A DNA stretch of 64,000 bases from a bacterium (GTDB lineage Bacteria > UBA8248): contig OZ241875.1 of assembly GCA_965203325.1 (NCBI GenBank), forward strand, positions 3,232,001 to 3,296,000, read 5' to 3'. The translations under genes and the position numbers were made by a program. The notes beneath the pieces were generated by a model. The model worked only from the letters and a program-made list of their open reading frames with translations. It was not told the DNA's origin and ran no database searches. Within the stretch, counting starts at the first letter, position 1. Every line of letters begins with the position of its first letter. This document shows, in pieces, positions 19,371 through 29,334 of the stretch.

Positions 19371-20133
19371 GACGAAAGACTTCACGGCGTCGGAGCTTTT
19401 GTGCGTCATGAGCGCCCGCGCGCTCGAGGACGGCCAAGTGGTATTCGCCGGCGTGGGGATTCCGCTTCTGGCCGCCACGCTGGCCCAGCGCCTCCATGCG
19501 CCTGGCGTGACGATTCTCTTCGAGGGCGGCACCATCGGCCCGCACGTGGTGCCCGGCCAGCTTCCGCCCACCACGAACGAGCAGCGCTGCACGCGCAAGG
19601 CGAACATGCTGGTGAGCATCACCGAGGTGCTGCTCCTCCTGCAGCGCGGCTACGTGGACGTGGGCTTCATGGGGGGCGCCCAGATCGATCAGTACGGCAA
19701 CCTGAACAGCTCCTTCATCGGGAGCGCGGACGATCCTTCCGTGCGGCTGCCCGGCACGGGCGGGGGGAACGACATATCGAGCCTCACCAGGATGATCGTC
19801 GCGATGCCGCAGGAAAAGCGCCGCTTCGTGGAAAACGTGGATTTCATCACCAGCCCCGGCTACATCCGGGGTGGAACCTCAAGGCGCGATTCGGGCCTGA
19901 TAGCCGGCGGCATGTACCGCGTGGTCACGGATCTCGCGATTCTGGGGTTCGACGATGAGACGGGCCGGATGCGCGTCGAGGCGCTGCACCCTGGCGTCAC
20001 GCCCCAGCAGGCGCAGGAGAACACGGGTTTCGAGTTGATCATCGATTCCTCCGTTTCGACCACCGAACCGCCCACGGAAGAGGAGTTGGCCGCGCTTCGC
20101 CATCTGGATCCGGACAAGGTCTACACTGCATAA
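19360..20133 (+). CDS. Family I CoA-transferase subunit B (GctB/PcaJ-like)
   Basis: ATG 19360 after GGAGGAG; VFAGVGIP, catalytic ILFEGG, GGAQIDQYGNLNS, RLPGTGG.ND, RRFVE.VDFITSPG. Confidence 0.9.
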   Translation: MTIETKDFTASELLCVMSARALEDGQVVFAGVGIPLLAATLAQRLHAPGVTILFEGGTIGPHVVPGQLPPTTNEQRCTRKANMLVSITEVLLLLQRGYVDVGFMGGAQIDQYGNLNSSFIGSADDPSVRLPGTGGGNDISSLTRMIVAMPQEKRRFVENVDFITSPGYIRGGTSRRDSGLIAGGMYRVVTDLAILGFDDETGRMRVEALHPGVTPQQAQENTGFELIIDSSVSTTEPPTEEELAALRHLDPDKVYTA

Positions 20134-20148
20134 CCACATGGAGCTGTC

Positions 20149-21417
20149 ATGAGCGCCGAGCAAAGAGAAAAAATTCTGGCCCAGGTCGACGCCCACCGCG
20201 ACGAGATCATCGCCCTGCTCACCAGACTCGTCCAGATACCGAGCGTGACGGGCGATGAGGGAGAGATTCAGGGCTACGTCGCGGACTACCTCCGCGAGAT
20301 GGACCTGGAAGTCGACGTCTGGGAATCGGATTGGGAGGAGCTCAAGAAACACCCCGAGTACGTGCCCGTCACGAGGGGGTATGAGGGCAGGCCGAACGTG
20401 GTCGCCGTGCTCAAGGGTTCAGGCGATGGCAGGTCGCTCCTGATGAACGGCCACACCGACACTGTCCCCAACGGCCCGCCCGACGCCTGGGAGCACGGGC
20501 CGCTCTCCGCGGACATCGAGGACGGCCGCCTTTACGGACGCGGCGCCTCGGACATGAAGAGCGGGGTGGCGGCCATCGTCATGGCGGCGAAATGCTTCAT
20601 GGCGGCGGGGCTCAGGCCCAGAGGCGACGTGATTCTCGATTTCGTCGTGGATGAGGAGTTGAGCGGCCACGGCACGCTCGACACCATTTTGCGCGGCTAT
20701 ACGGCGGATGCAGGGATTTGCTGCGAGACGAGCGGCAACGCCATCCAGCCCGGCTGCATCGGAAGAATCTGGTTCGAGATACTCGTGCGTGGAAAGGCGG
20801 CGGGCATCCAGCGAAGGTATCAGGGTGTGAACGCCATCGACCTGGGTTACAAGATCGTTCAGGCGGTGGCCGATCTGGAAAAGAAACGCCTGGAGACGGT
20901 CTCCCATCCGCTGTATCCCAAGATCATCGACGCGATCCCCTGCATGGTCGGTTCGATGGAGGCGGGTAGCTTCCCGAGCGCCTTCCCGGACACCTGCGTG
21001 CTCAAGGGGAGTCTTGCCACCGTGCCGGGCGAGGATCACGACGCGGCCAAGCAGAGCCTGGTCGATCAGGTGGCGCAGGCGGCACAGGATGATCCATGGA
21101 TGAAGGATCATCCGCCGGAGGTGCGTTTCGTGGGGTATTACGCCGAATCGGCCGCGGTCGACGCCGAGCACCCGATCGTCAAGACGGTGGCGAACGCCTA
21201 CCAGGAAGTATCGGGCAATACCCCCGAGATATCCGGCCGCCAGGGAGCGGCCGACACGCGTTTTCTGAACGGTTTCGCCGGCATCCCGACGGTCATTTTC
21301 GGCCCCGGCCCCACCACCCAGATGCACGCGAACAACGAGTGGGTGGCGGTGGAAGACGTGATCGACGCGACGAAAACGCTGGCGCTCTCCATCCTGGACT
21401 GGTGCGGAGCGGACTAA
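20149..21417 (+). CDS. ArgE/DapE (M20) family metallo-amidohydrolase
   Basis: NGHTDTVP, LYGRGASDMKSG, DEE, FGPG....H..NE. Confidence 0.92.
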   Translation: MSAEQREKILAQVDAHRDEIIALLTRLVQIPSVTGDEGEIQGYVADYLREMDLEVDVWESDWEELKKHPEYVPVTRGYEGRPNVVAVLKGSGDGRSLLMNGHTDTVPNGPPDAWEHGPLSADIEDGRLYGRGASDMKSGVAAIVMAAKCFMAAGLRPRGDVILDFVVDEELSGHGTLDTILRGYTADAGICCETSGNAIQPGCIGRIWFEILVRGKAAGIQRRYQGVNAIDLGYKIVQAVADLEKKRLETVSHPLYPKIIDAIPCMVGSMEAGSFPSAFPDTCVLKGSLATVPGEDHDAAKQSLVDQVAQAAQDDPWMKDHPPEVRFVGYYAESAAVDAEHPIVKTVANAYQEVSGNTPEISGRQGAADTRFLNGFAGIPTVIFGPGPTTQMHANNEWVAVEDVIDATKTLALSILDWCGAD

Positions 21418-21433
21418 CACCGAGGGAATCGAC

Positions 21434-22393
21434 ATGTCAGGAAAAGACGTGAAGTACGGAATCGCCATGCGGAATTTCACCGCATATCCCGAACTCCCCG
21501 ACGCGGAGGCGCTCATCGAATACGGCGTCGCCATGGAGGAGTTGGGCTTCGAGTCCCTGTGGGTGTGGGACCACATTCTGCTGGGCGTGGAGCCGCACTT
21601 TCCCATCATCGAGTCGCTGACGCTCCTGACGGCGGTGGCCGCGCGGACGAGCAGAATCAAGCTCGGCACGGGCGTGCTCGTCTTGCCGCTCAGGAACCCG
21701 CTCGTCGTGGCGAAGCAGCTTTCGAGCATCGACCAGATATCGAACGGCCGCCTCATCGTCGGCATGGCTTCGGGCTGGTACAAGCGCGAGTTCGACGCGG
21801 TGGGCGTTCCTTTCGAGAAGCGCGGCAACATCATGGACCAGAACATCGAGATCATCACGAGGCTGTGGACCGAGGACATGGTGCGCGCCGAATACGGCCC
21901 TTACAACCTCAGAAACTCCGTCATGTTCCCCAAACCGGTGCAGAGCCCGAGGCCGAGCATCTTGATCGGCGGCTACGTCGATCGCGTGCTCAAGCGCGCC
22001 GGAGAGAAGGGCGACGGCTGGCTCACCTATTTCTATACACCCGAGAGTTTTACGAAATCATGGGAGAAGGTACTTCGCTTTGCGGAAGAAGCCGGACGCG
22101 ACCCCGCCTCGCTCGAGAGCACGAACCAGCTTCCGATCATGGTGGGTGACTCGCGTGAGCAGATTGAAGAGCCGATGAACGAATGGCTCCACACGGAGTG
22201 GGACTACGCCTCTTGGAGCGAGTCCACGGCCGAGAGCGCCGTCATGGGGAACGTCGATGAGTGCGTGGCGCAGCTACAGGCCCACATCGACACGGGCGTG
22301 GACCGGCTCATTTTCGTTCCCTACAAATACGAGATGGAGCAGGTGGAAATCGTGGCGAAAGAAATCATCCCTCGTCTGAGAGCGGGTTCGTAA
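21434..22393 (+). CDS. LLM-class flavin/F420-dependent oxidoreductase
   Basis: EELGFESLWVWDH, AVAARTSRIKLGTGV..LPLRNP...AKQ...D..SNGR...G.GW...EF, PKPVQ.P.P.ILIGG, RA...GDGW. Confidence 0.9.
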   Translation: MSGKDVKYGIAMRNFTAYPELPDAEALIEYGVAMEELGFESLWVWDHILLGVEPHFPIIESLTLLTAVAARTSRIKLGTGVLVLPLRNPLVVAKQLSSIDQISNGRLIVGMASGWYKREFDAVGVPFEKRGNIMDQNIEIITRLWTEDMVRAEYGPYNLRNSVMFPKPVQSPRPSILIGGYVDRVLKRAGEKGDGWLTYFYTPESFTKSWEKVLRFAEEAGRDPASLESTNQLPIMVGDSREQIEEPMNEWLHTEWDYASWSESTAESAVMGNVDECVAQLQAHIDTGVDRLIFVPYKYEMEQVEIVAKEIIPRLRAGS

Positions 22394-22429
22394 AAAGACG
22401 GTTACGCGCCGCCTCACGGGAGCAGCACA

Positions 22430-23482
22430 ATGCAAGCCACATCGAGAACGTGGGACAGCCTGGCATCGGCTTCGGAGACGATCTTCGACGCGGTGGGCCA
22501 TACCCCGCTGGTGAAGCTCGGACGCATCACGCGGGGGCTGGGACCTGAGATTTTCGCCAAGCTCGAATGGTATTCCCCCACGGGGAGTCTAAAGGATCGC
22601 ATTTATGAGCAGATGATCTCACGCGCCGAGGCGCGGGGGGAGCTTACGCCTGGCAAGGTGATTCTGGAATGCTCATCCGGCAATGCGGGCATCGCCTGCG
22701 CGGCGGCATCTGCGGTCAAGGGATATGCGTGCATCATCGTCATGCCGGAATTGATGAGCCCCGAGCGCAAGAAGATGATTCGCGCATTCGGGGCCGAACT
22801 CGTCACGACGCCGGGCGGGGAGAGCGACGTGGACGTCGCACTCACTCGCATGAAGGAAATGGCGGCGAGCGACTCTGAGAAATACTGGGTTCCCGCCGAA
22901 TTCGAGAACATGGACAACGTGGACACGCACTACACCACCTCGGGCCCTGAAATCTGGGAGCAACTGGACGGCGATGTGGATGCGCTCATCGCGGCTGTGG
23001 GCACGGGTGGCTGGCTCACGGGGGTGGGGCGGTTTTTGAGGGAGAAAAACCCCAGGCTCAAAATCTATGGCGTGGAGCCGACGGAATCGCCCCTGATCAG
23101 CGAGGGGATATGCTGCGGGCACGGCATCGCGGGAATCGGCGACGGCCTGATCCCCAACATTTTGGATTTGTCCATCATCGACGGCATCATCACCGCTTCG
23201 ACCGAAGAATCACTCCGCATGGCGAGGCGCGCCTCGCGCGAAGAGGGTCTTTTCTGCGGCATTTCCTCGGGCTGCAATCTGGCGGCGGCGGTAAAATTCG
23301 CTCGCTCCTATCCCGAAGTCGGTCGAATCGTCACCATATTCGGTGACTCGGGTCAGCGCTATTTCTCCACCCCGCTTTGTCGCGACGAATCGGGCATGGA
23401 GGCGGCGCTGCTGGACGTCGTCGAAGGGGACAGGGAGATGATGCTCCAGAAATTCAGAACCTCATGGGAGATCATCGAGTGA
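22430..23482 (+). CDS. Cysteine synthase family PLP enzyme, copy 1
   Basis: VGHTPLVKL, KLEW.SPTGSLKDR (PLP Lys), ECSSGNAG, GTGG, EEGLFCGISSG, DSGQRYFST. Confidence 0.9.
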   Translation: MQATSRTWDSLASASETIFDAVGHTPLVKLGRITRGLGPEIFAKLEWYSPTGSLKDRIYEQMISRAEARGELTPGKVILECSSGNAGIACAAASAVKGYACIIVMPELMSPERKKMIRAFGAELVTTPGGESDVDVALTRMKEMAASDSEKYWVPAEFENMDNVDTHYTTSGPEIWEQLDGDVDALIAAVGTGGWLTGVGRFLREKNPRLKIYGVEPTESPLISEGICCGHGIAGIGDGLIPNILDLSIIDGIITASTEESLRMARRASREEGLFCGISSGCNLAAAVKFARSYPEVGRIVTIFGDSGQRYFSTPLCRDESGMEAALLDVVEGDREMMLQKFRTSWEIIE

Positions 23483-23511
23483 GGTGTTTCTCTTTTTTTA
23501 GGGTGTAAGAG

Positions 23512-24567
23512 ATGGGCATTCAAAAAAGAGCCTGGGATTCCTACAGACGCTATTCGGAAAACATTTTCGACGCCATCGGGGGCACGCCCCTGGTTCGCCT
23601 GAACAAGGTGGCGGCGGACTTAGGCCCCGAGGTCTACGCGAAGCTGGAGTGGTACTCGCCCTCGGGGAGCCTCAAGGATCGTATCTACTACAACATGATT
23701 CTGAAAGCGGAGGAGCGCGGCAGCCTGAGGGCCGGCATGACGGTGCTCGAATGCTCCACCGGCAACGCAGGCATCGCCTGCGCGTTCGTATCCGCGGTGA
23801 AGGGTTATTCCTGCATCGTCGTCATGCCCGAGGGCATGAGCGATGAGCGAAAAAAGCTCATGCGCGCCTACGGGGCCGATTTGGTGTTCACGCCGGGCGG
23901 GGAGAGCGACGTCGACCTGGCGCTCGATAAACTCGATGAAATCCGCGCGGCATCACCCGAACGATACTGGGTTCCCGCCCAGTTCGACAACCTCGACAAC
24001 AACGAAGCGCATTATCTCACGACAGGGCCCGAGATTTTCGAGCAGCTGGACGGGCGCGTCGACGCCGTCGTGGCGTCGCAGGGAACGGGCGGCTGGGTGA
24101 GCGGCGTGGGGAAATTCCTGCGCGAGGACAACCCGGACGTGAAGCTTTACGCCGTGGAGCCTCAGGAGTGCCCGCTCCTGAGCGAGCGGGGCTGGGGGCC
24201 GCACGGCATCGAGGGCATCGGGGACGGCTTCGTGCCCAGGGCGCTCGACTTGTCGCTGCTCACCGGCATCGTGACGACGACGACGGATGAGTCGGTCGAG
24301 ATGGCGCAGCGCCTCGCGCGCGAGGAGGGGATTTTCTGCGGCATCTCCTCGGGGTGCAATGTGGCGGCCGCCGTCAAGCTGGCCCGCCGGCACCCCGAAC
24401 TGGCCAACATCGTCACGAACATCAACGACACGGGACAGCGCTATTTCACCACCGCCTTGTGCGGGGAGGAAAAACACGTCGATATTCCCGAACGCGAGCA
24501 TCACGTGGACCCATACAGCGAGGCGCAGCTCGATCGGTATTCCAGCGAATGGGAGATCATCACCTGA
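23512..24567 (+). CDS. Cysteine synthase family PLP enzyme, copy 2
   Basis: IGGTPLVRL, KLEW.SPSGSLKDR, ECSTGNAG, QFDN..N...HY.TTGPE, GTGG, DTGQRYF. Confidence 0.9.
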   Translation: MGIQKRAWDSYRRYSENIFDAIGGTPLVRLNKVAADLGPEVYAKLEWYSPSGSLKDRIYYNMILKAEERGSLRAGMTVLECSTGNAGIACAFVSAVKGYSCIVVMPEGMSDERKKLMRAYGADLVFTPGGESDVDLALDKLDEIRAASPERYWVPAQFDNLDNNEAHYLTTGPEIFEQLDGRVDAVVASQGTGGWVSGVGKFLREDNPDVKLYAVEPQECPLLSERGWGPHGIEGIGDGFVPRALDLSLLTGIVTTTTDESVEMAQRLAREEGIFCGISSGCNVAAAVKLARRHPELANIVTNINDTGQRYFTTALCGEEKHVDIPEREHHVDPYSEAQLDRYSSEWEIIT

Positions 24568-24589
24568 CGCCGAGCGATAAAACCCGCGG

Positions 24590-25465
24590 GTGAGATATAT
24601 GGTTTATGGCCAGATTCTGATTAACAGCATTCTCCTGGGAGGCATCTACGCCTGCATCGCGGTCGGCTTCTCGCTCGTCTGGGGCGTGATGAACATCCTC
24701 AACATCCTGCACGGCACGTTCCTGATGCTGGGCGGCTACGTCACGTTCTGGATGTTCAAGCTCTACGGCGTGGATCCGTTCTTGTCCCTTCCCGTTTCGG
24801 CCGTCGCCATGTTCTGCGCTGGCTACGTGGTGCAGCGCGGACTGATCAACAAAATCGTACGCGCGCCCATGTTCATGTCCCTGATTCTCACCTTCGGCCT
24901 TCAGTTGCTCATCGTGAGGCTCGCGATATATTTCTTCACCGGCGATTTCAGGTCGGTTCAGCCCTCTTACGCGGGTTTTTCCATCCCCTTCATGGGGCTT
25001 TCCATCCCCTTCGTCCGGATTTCCATATTCGTGCTGGGCGTCGCTCTCACGAGCATTCTCTTCTGGTTCATGGGACGTACGCGCACGGGCCGGGCCATAC
25101 GGGCGACGCGGATGGATTTGGACTCCGCCCAGTTGATGGGCGTCGACATCGGCAGAATCTACGCCATCACTTATGGAATCGGCGCAGCGGCCGCCGCCAC
25201 GTCGGGTTCTCTGGTGAGCGTGGGTTTCGCCATCTCGCCGGTGAGCGACGTGGAGTTCCTCTCGAAATCCTTCATCATCTGCACCATCGGGGGATTGGGG
25301 AACATCACGGGAGCGCTGGCGGGAGGGCTGATCCTGGGACTCGCCGAGAATTTCGGCGCCCTGTACTTGGGCCCTGGCCTGCAGAACGCCATCGGCTACG
25401 TGCTCTTGATTCTGGTGCTCTTCATCAAGCCGTCGGGCCTGCTGGGCAGAAAGGGTTTCGAATAG
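24590..25465 (+). CDS. Branched-chain amino acid-type ABC transporter permease (LivH-like)
   Basis: GGIYA..AVGFSLVWGVM.ILN..HG, T.TGRAIRA, GGLGNI.GA..GG, KPSGLLG. Confidence 0.92.
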   Translation: MRYMVYGQILINSILLGGIYACIAVGFSLVWGVMNILNILHGTFLMLGGYVTFWMFKLYGVDPFLSLPVSAVAMFCAGYVVQRGLINKIVRAPMFMSLILTFGLQLLIVRLAIYFFTGDFRSVQPSYAGFSIPFMGLSIPFVRISIFVLGVALTSILFWFMGRTRTGRAIRATRMDLDSAQLMGVDIGRIYAITYGIGAAAAATSGSLVSVGFAISPVSDVEFLSKSFIICTIGGLGNITGALAGGLILGLAENFGALYLGPGLQNAIGYVLLILVLFIKPSGLLGRKGFE

Positions 25466-25466
25466 C

Positions 25467-26450
25467 ATGTTCAGACCCTGGTCCCACATTCAATGGCTGG
25501 GCATGGGAGCGGGATTGCTCGCCCTCATCCTCTTGCCCTCTTTCGTGGAAAACGACGAGATCAGGAAGTGGATGGACATCCTGATGGTGGCCATACTGGC
25601 GACGAGCTGGAACTTCATCGGCGGCCTGACGGGCTATCCCTCCTTCGCGCCGGCCGCCTTTTTCGGGCTGGGGGCGTACACGACGGCCATCCTGATGAAC
25701 GCCGGGTTCAATTTTTTCATCACGTTGGGTATCGGCGCCTGTCTGGGTGCGCTCGTGGCGCTCGCTCTGGGCGTTCCCATATTGAGGCTGAGGGGCCACT
25801 ACTTCGCCATCGCCACCTTCGGCGTGGCGGAGTTCTTCCGCGAACTGGCGGATAACCTGCGCATCACCGGCGGGGGAGACGGCATCAACCTGCCCCAGAT
25901 TACGGGCGGGCCGGATTACTTCACGCGCTTCTTCTATTTCTCCATGCTCGGGGTGGCCGTGCTCGCCGTCCTGACGCAGTACTTCGTCACGCGACACCGC
26001 CTGGGCTACGGCCTCGTCGCCATCCGGGAGAACGAGGACGCGGCCGCCATGACGGGCGTGGATACGACGAAATACAAGATCATCGCCTTCGTGCTCTCTT
26101 CCATTTTCCCCGCGATGGGCGGCGGCGTATACGCCTACCGCGCCGCATTCTTGGAGCCCATCGATGTCTTCGACGTCTTGTTCTCCATCAAGGCGATTGT
26201 GATGTCGATGCTCGGCGGGGTGGGGACGGTGATGGGTCCGCTCGTGGGCGCGCTGATGATGGAATACCTGTCGGATTACCTCTGGGGAGCCTTCACGGAA
26301 TTCCATAGCGCGTTTCTGGGAATCATCATCGTGCTGGTCGTCTTGTTCCTCCCGCGCGGCCTGATGGCCGTCTCCCAGGAAGTGAAGAGCCGCGGGTGGG
26401 GGTCGTTGGGCGTGATTCTCAAGAGCAACATACAGAGGTTCAAGGTGTGA
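25467..26450 (+). CDS. Branched-chain amino acid-type ABC transporter permease (LivM-like)
   Basis: SWN..GG.TGY.SF, LRLRGHYFAIAT, AIRENEDAA..GV, LGG.GT..GP..GA, LP.GL. Confidence 0.92.
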   Translation: MFRPWSHIQWLGMGAGLLALILLPSFVENDEIRKWMDILMVAILATSWNFIGGLTGYPSFAPAAFFGLGAYTTAILMNAGFNFFITLGIGACLGALVALALGVPILRLRGHYFAIATFGVAEFFRELADNLRITGGGDGINLPQITGGPDYFTRFFYFSMLGVAVLAVLTQYFVTRHRLGYGLVAIRENEDAAAMTGVDTTKYKIIAFVLSSIFPAMGGGVYAYRAAFLEPIDVFDVLFSIKAIVMSMLGGVGTVMGPLVGALMMEYLSDYLWGAFTEFHSAFLGIIIVLVVLFLPRGLMAVSQEVKSRGWGSLGVILKSNIQRFKV

Positions 26451-27214
26451 GCGAAACACTTCTGGAAGGCAGACGCGTCACAAAGCGCTTCGGCGGCCTC
26501 ACCGCCGTCTCGGCGGTCGATTTCACCGTGCGCAAGGGAGAGATTTTAGGCGTCATCGGCCCCAACGGCGCGGGGAAGACGACACTCCTCAATTGCATCA
26601 CGGGTCTCGACCCGGCGAACGAGGGTGAGATTCTGTTTCGCGGTGATCGCATCGAAACCATGAAACCCCACGCCATCACACGTAAGGGAGTCGCACGGAC
26701 GTTTCAGATCGTCCAGCCCTTCGCGGGTCTCGCGGTGCGCGAGAACGTGGTGATGGGCGCGCTGTTCGGCTCCCAGAAGTCGAGAAAAGAGGTGAGACGC
26801 GCCCAGGAACTCGCCGATGAAATGCTGGCGTTCGTGGGATTGAGCGATAAGTCGGCGCAACTCGCCTCCCAGCTCACGCTCGCCGAGAGAAAACGCCTGG
26901 AATTCGCCAAGTCCCTCGCCACGGAACCGGAAGTGTTGCTGCTGGACGAGGTGAATGCGGGTCTCAACACGACGGAAATCGAAAACGCCATCTCTCTCAT
27001 CCACAAGGTGAGAGAGCAGGGCGTGACCATCCTGGTGATCGAGCACTTGATGAAGGTGATCACGGACCTCTCGGATCGCGTCATCGTCTTGCATCACGGA
27101 GAGAAGATAGCGGAAGGTTTGCCGCGCGAGGTGACGAGTGACGAGCAGGTCATCAAGGCCTATCTGGGCGAGAAATACGTAGCGATGATGAAAAAACTGG
27201 ACGAGGAGTCCTAG
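26447..27214 (+). CDS. ABC transporter ATP-binding protein (LivG-like)
   Basis: GTG at 26447 overlapping the previous stop; KRFGGL.AV, GPNGAGKTT, ARTFQ, LLLDE, IEH, V.KAYLG. Confidence 0.92.
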   Translation: MSETLLEGRRVTKRFGGLTAVSAVDFTVRKGEILGVIGPNGAGKTTLLNCITGLDPANEGEILFRGDRIETMKPHAITRKGVARTFQIVQPFAGLAVRENVVMGALFGSQKSRKEVRRAQELADEMLAFVGLSDKSAQLASQLTLAERKRLEFAKSLATEPEVLLLDEVNAGLNTTEIENAISLIHKVREQGVTILVIEHLMKVITDLSDRVIVLHHGEKIAEGLPREVTSDEQVIKAYLGEKYVAMMKKLDEES

Positions 27215-27216
27215 AA

Positions 27217-27957
27217 GTGGCGACGGACGCACCTCAAGGCGGAGCGAGCCTCCTGGAGGTAAGCGGCCTGGCGGGCGGATACGACGACGTTCAGGTTCTG
27301 TGGGGTATCGATCTGCGCGTGAACGAAGGCGAGATCGTCGCCATCGTCGGCAGCAACGGCGTCGGCAAGTCCACGTTCCTGCGGATGCTCTCGGGGGTGC
27401 TGCCGCATCGAGCGGGCGAAATTATGCTCGGAGGCGAATCACTGGAAGGAATGGCGCCGGAGGGCATCGTCGCCAAGGGGATTTCCCACGTGCCCGAGGG
27501 CCGCAGGCTCTTCGCCGCGATGAGCGTGGAGGAGAATCTCTTGATGGGCGCCTATGCCCGGAAGATGGCCGATCAGGAACTGGCGGCGGATTTGGAGAGG
27601 GTGTACGGATTTTTCCCGCGACTGGCGGAGCGGAAATCCCAGCTTGCGGGAAGCATGTCCGGCGGCGAGCAGCAGATGTGCGCGATTGCCCGGGGGTTGA
27701 TGGCGCGCCCGAGGCTGCTCCTGATCGATGAGCTTTCCCTGGGCCTTGCGCCCAGGCTGGTGGAGGAGTTGTGCGGATTCGTCCGGCAGATAAACGAGGA
27801 GGGCGTCGCCATCATACTCGTGGAACAGGACGTGCTGACCGCGTTCGAACTCGCGAGCCGGGCGTATGTATTCGAGACGGGGCGCGTGACGATCTCCGGC
27901 ACGTCGGATGAACTGCTGGCGAATCCCCAAGTGAAAAAAGCGTATCTGGGCATGTAG
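27217..27957 (+). CDS. ABC transporter ATP-binding protein (LivF-like)
   Basis: GSNGVGKST, VPEGRRLF, FPRL.ER..Q.AG.MSGGEQQM, DE.SLGLAP, V.KAYLG. Confidence 0.92.
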   Translation: MATDAPQGGASLLEVSGLAGGYDDVQVLWGIDLRVNEGEIVAIVGSNGVGKSTFLRMLSGVLPHRAGEIMLGGESLEGMAPEGIVAKGISHVPEGRRLFAAMSVEENLLMGAYARKMADQELAADLERVYGFFPRLAERKSQLAGSMSGGEQQMCAIARGLMARPRLLLIDELSLGLAPRLVEELCGFVRQINEEGVAIILVEQDVLTAFELASRAYVFETGRVTISGTSDELLANPQVKKAYLGM

Positions 27958-28054
27958 CGTGTTTTCATATACTCTATCTGAAACCAACATTTACGAGAGT
28001 CGTGTGAAAATCGAGAACGGAAGAGGCAGCACTCACTTAATAAGGAGGCGAATC

Positions 28055-29263
28055 ATGAGAAGGCGGAATTTGTTGTTTCTCATCGCAGCAGTCTTGTTTG
28101 TCACTTTCGGCGTGACGGGCCTGCAGGGTCTGGACGGCGCCCAGGCGGCGGAGATTAAATTCGGCGCCGCCTTGCCGCTCACGGGTCCACTCGCCACCGA
28201 GGGGAAAAAGCAGCAGGCGGGCTATGAAATCTGGCGCGAGCGCGTGAACAAGGCGGGCGGCATCAACGTAGGCGGCAAGAAGATGAAGGTGAAGATCGTC
28301 TACTACGACTACGAGAGCAAGACGCCGACGGCCACCAAGCTCGCCGAGCGGCTGATCACCAAGGAAAAAGTGGACCTCCTTCTGGGCCCGTTCGGAAGCG
28401 GGGCGACGAAATCCGTCGCCGCGATCACGGAGCGCTATCAGGTTCCCCTCATCGCGCCCGTGGCGAGTTCCGAGCCGATTTTCGACCAGGGCTACAAATA
28501 CCTCTTCGGCCTCCTGGCGCCGAATTCGTATCTGCCGCAGAACTTCCTTACGCTCCTGAAAGAGCAAAAGCCGATGCCGAAGACCATCGCTTTCGTGACG
28601 CGCAACGACTTCTTCCCGCGCGCCATTACGAAGACGATCAGGTCGGCTGCGAAAAAGCAGGGTTTCACGGACGTCTACTACGCCGAGTTCCCCAAGGATT
28701 CAAAGGACATGTCCACCTGGCTCACGATCGTGAAGGGCAAGAATCCCGACGTGCTCATGGTGGCCGGCTATCTTCCCGACACCCTCCTCGCCACCAAGCA
28801 GGCGAACGAGTTGGGAGTGAAGCCCAAAATCCTGTTCACCATGGTGGGTCCGGTTTATGCCCAGTTCACGGAATCGCTCAAAGGCACGGCCAACAACATC
28901 CTGACCGCCGCCTGGTGGGGTGAGGCGCTCGATTACAAGGGCGACTTCATCGGCTCGGCGCGGGACTTCGGGAAAATCTGGCGCGCCAAGTTCAAACAGG
29001 AGCCGGACTACGTCGCCGCGGCGTCGACGACTGCGGGTATCGTCGCCCAGAAGGCAATCGAGGCGGCAGGCACGCTGGACAAGAAGAAGGTTCGCGACGC
29101 CATTGCGAAAACCGACTTGAAAACTTTCTTCGGCCCCGTGAAATTCGACAAGCTCAACATGAACGCGGCCAGCGCCATCGTTTTGTTCCAGGTGCAGGAC
29201 GGAAAACGCAAGACGGTGGGTCCGAAGAGCGTGGCGAACGCGAAGTTCAGGTATCCGAGATAG
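28055..29263 (+). CDS. ABC transporter substrate-binding protein (LivJ/K-like)
   Basis: ATG 28055 after TAAGGAGG; signal peptide; LPLTG.LA..G, N..GGI.VGG, LLGPFGS, T.FGPVKFD. Confidence 0.9.
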   Translation: MRRRNLLFLIAAVLFVTFGVTGLQGLDGAQAAEIKFGAALPLTGPLATEGKKQQAGYEIWRERVNKAGGINVGGKKMKVKIVYYDYESKTPTATKLAERLITKEKVDLLLGPFGSGATKSVAAITERYQVPLIAPVASSEPIFDQGYKYLFGLLAPNSYLPQNFLTLLKEQKPMPKTIAFVTRNDFFPRAITKTIRSAAKKQGFTDVYYAEFPKDSKDMSTWLTIVKGKNPDVLMVAGYLPDTLLATKQANELGVKPKILFTMVGPVYAQFTESLKGTANNILTAAWWGEALDYKGDFIGSARDFGKIWRAKFKQEPDYVAAASTTAGIVAQKAIEAAGTLDKKKVRDAIAKTDLKTFFGPVKFDKLNMNAASAIVLFQVQDGKRKTVGPKSVANAKFRYPR

Positions 29264-29334
29264 TTTCCAGGCCGGGTTCGGGGACGCCGCCGAGGGTGAG
29301 GCGGTGTTCCTGAGCCTGGTGGTATGAGGGTTTC

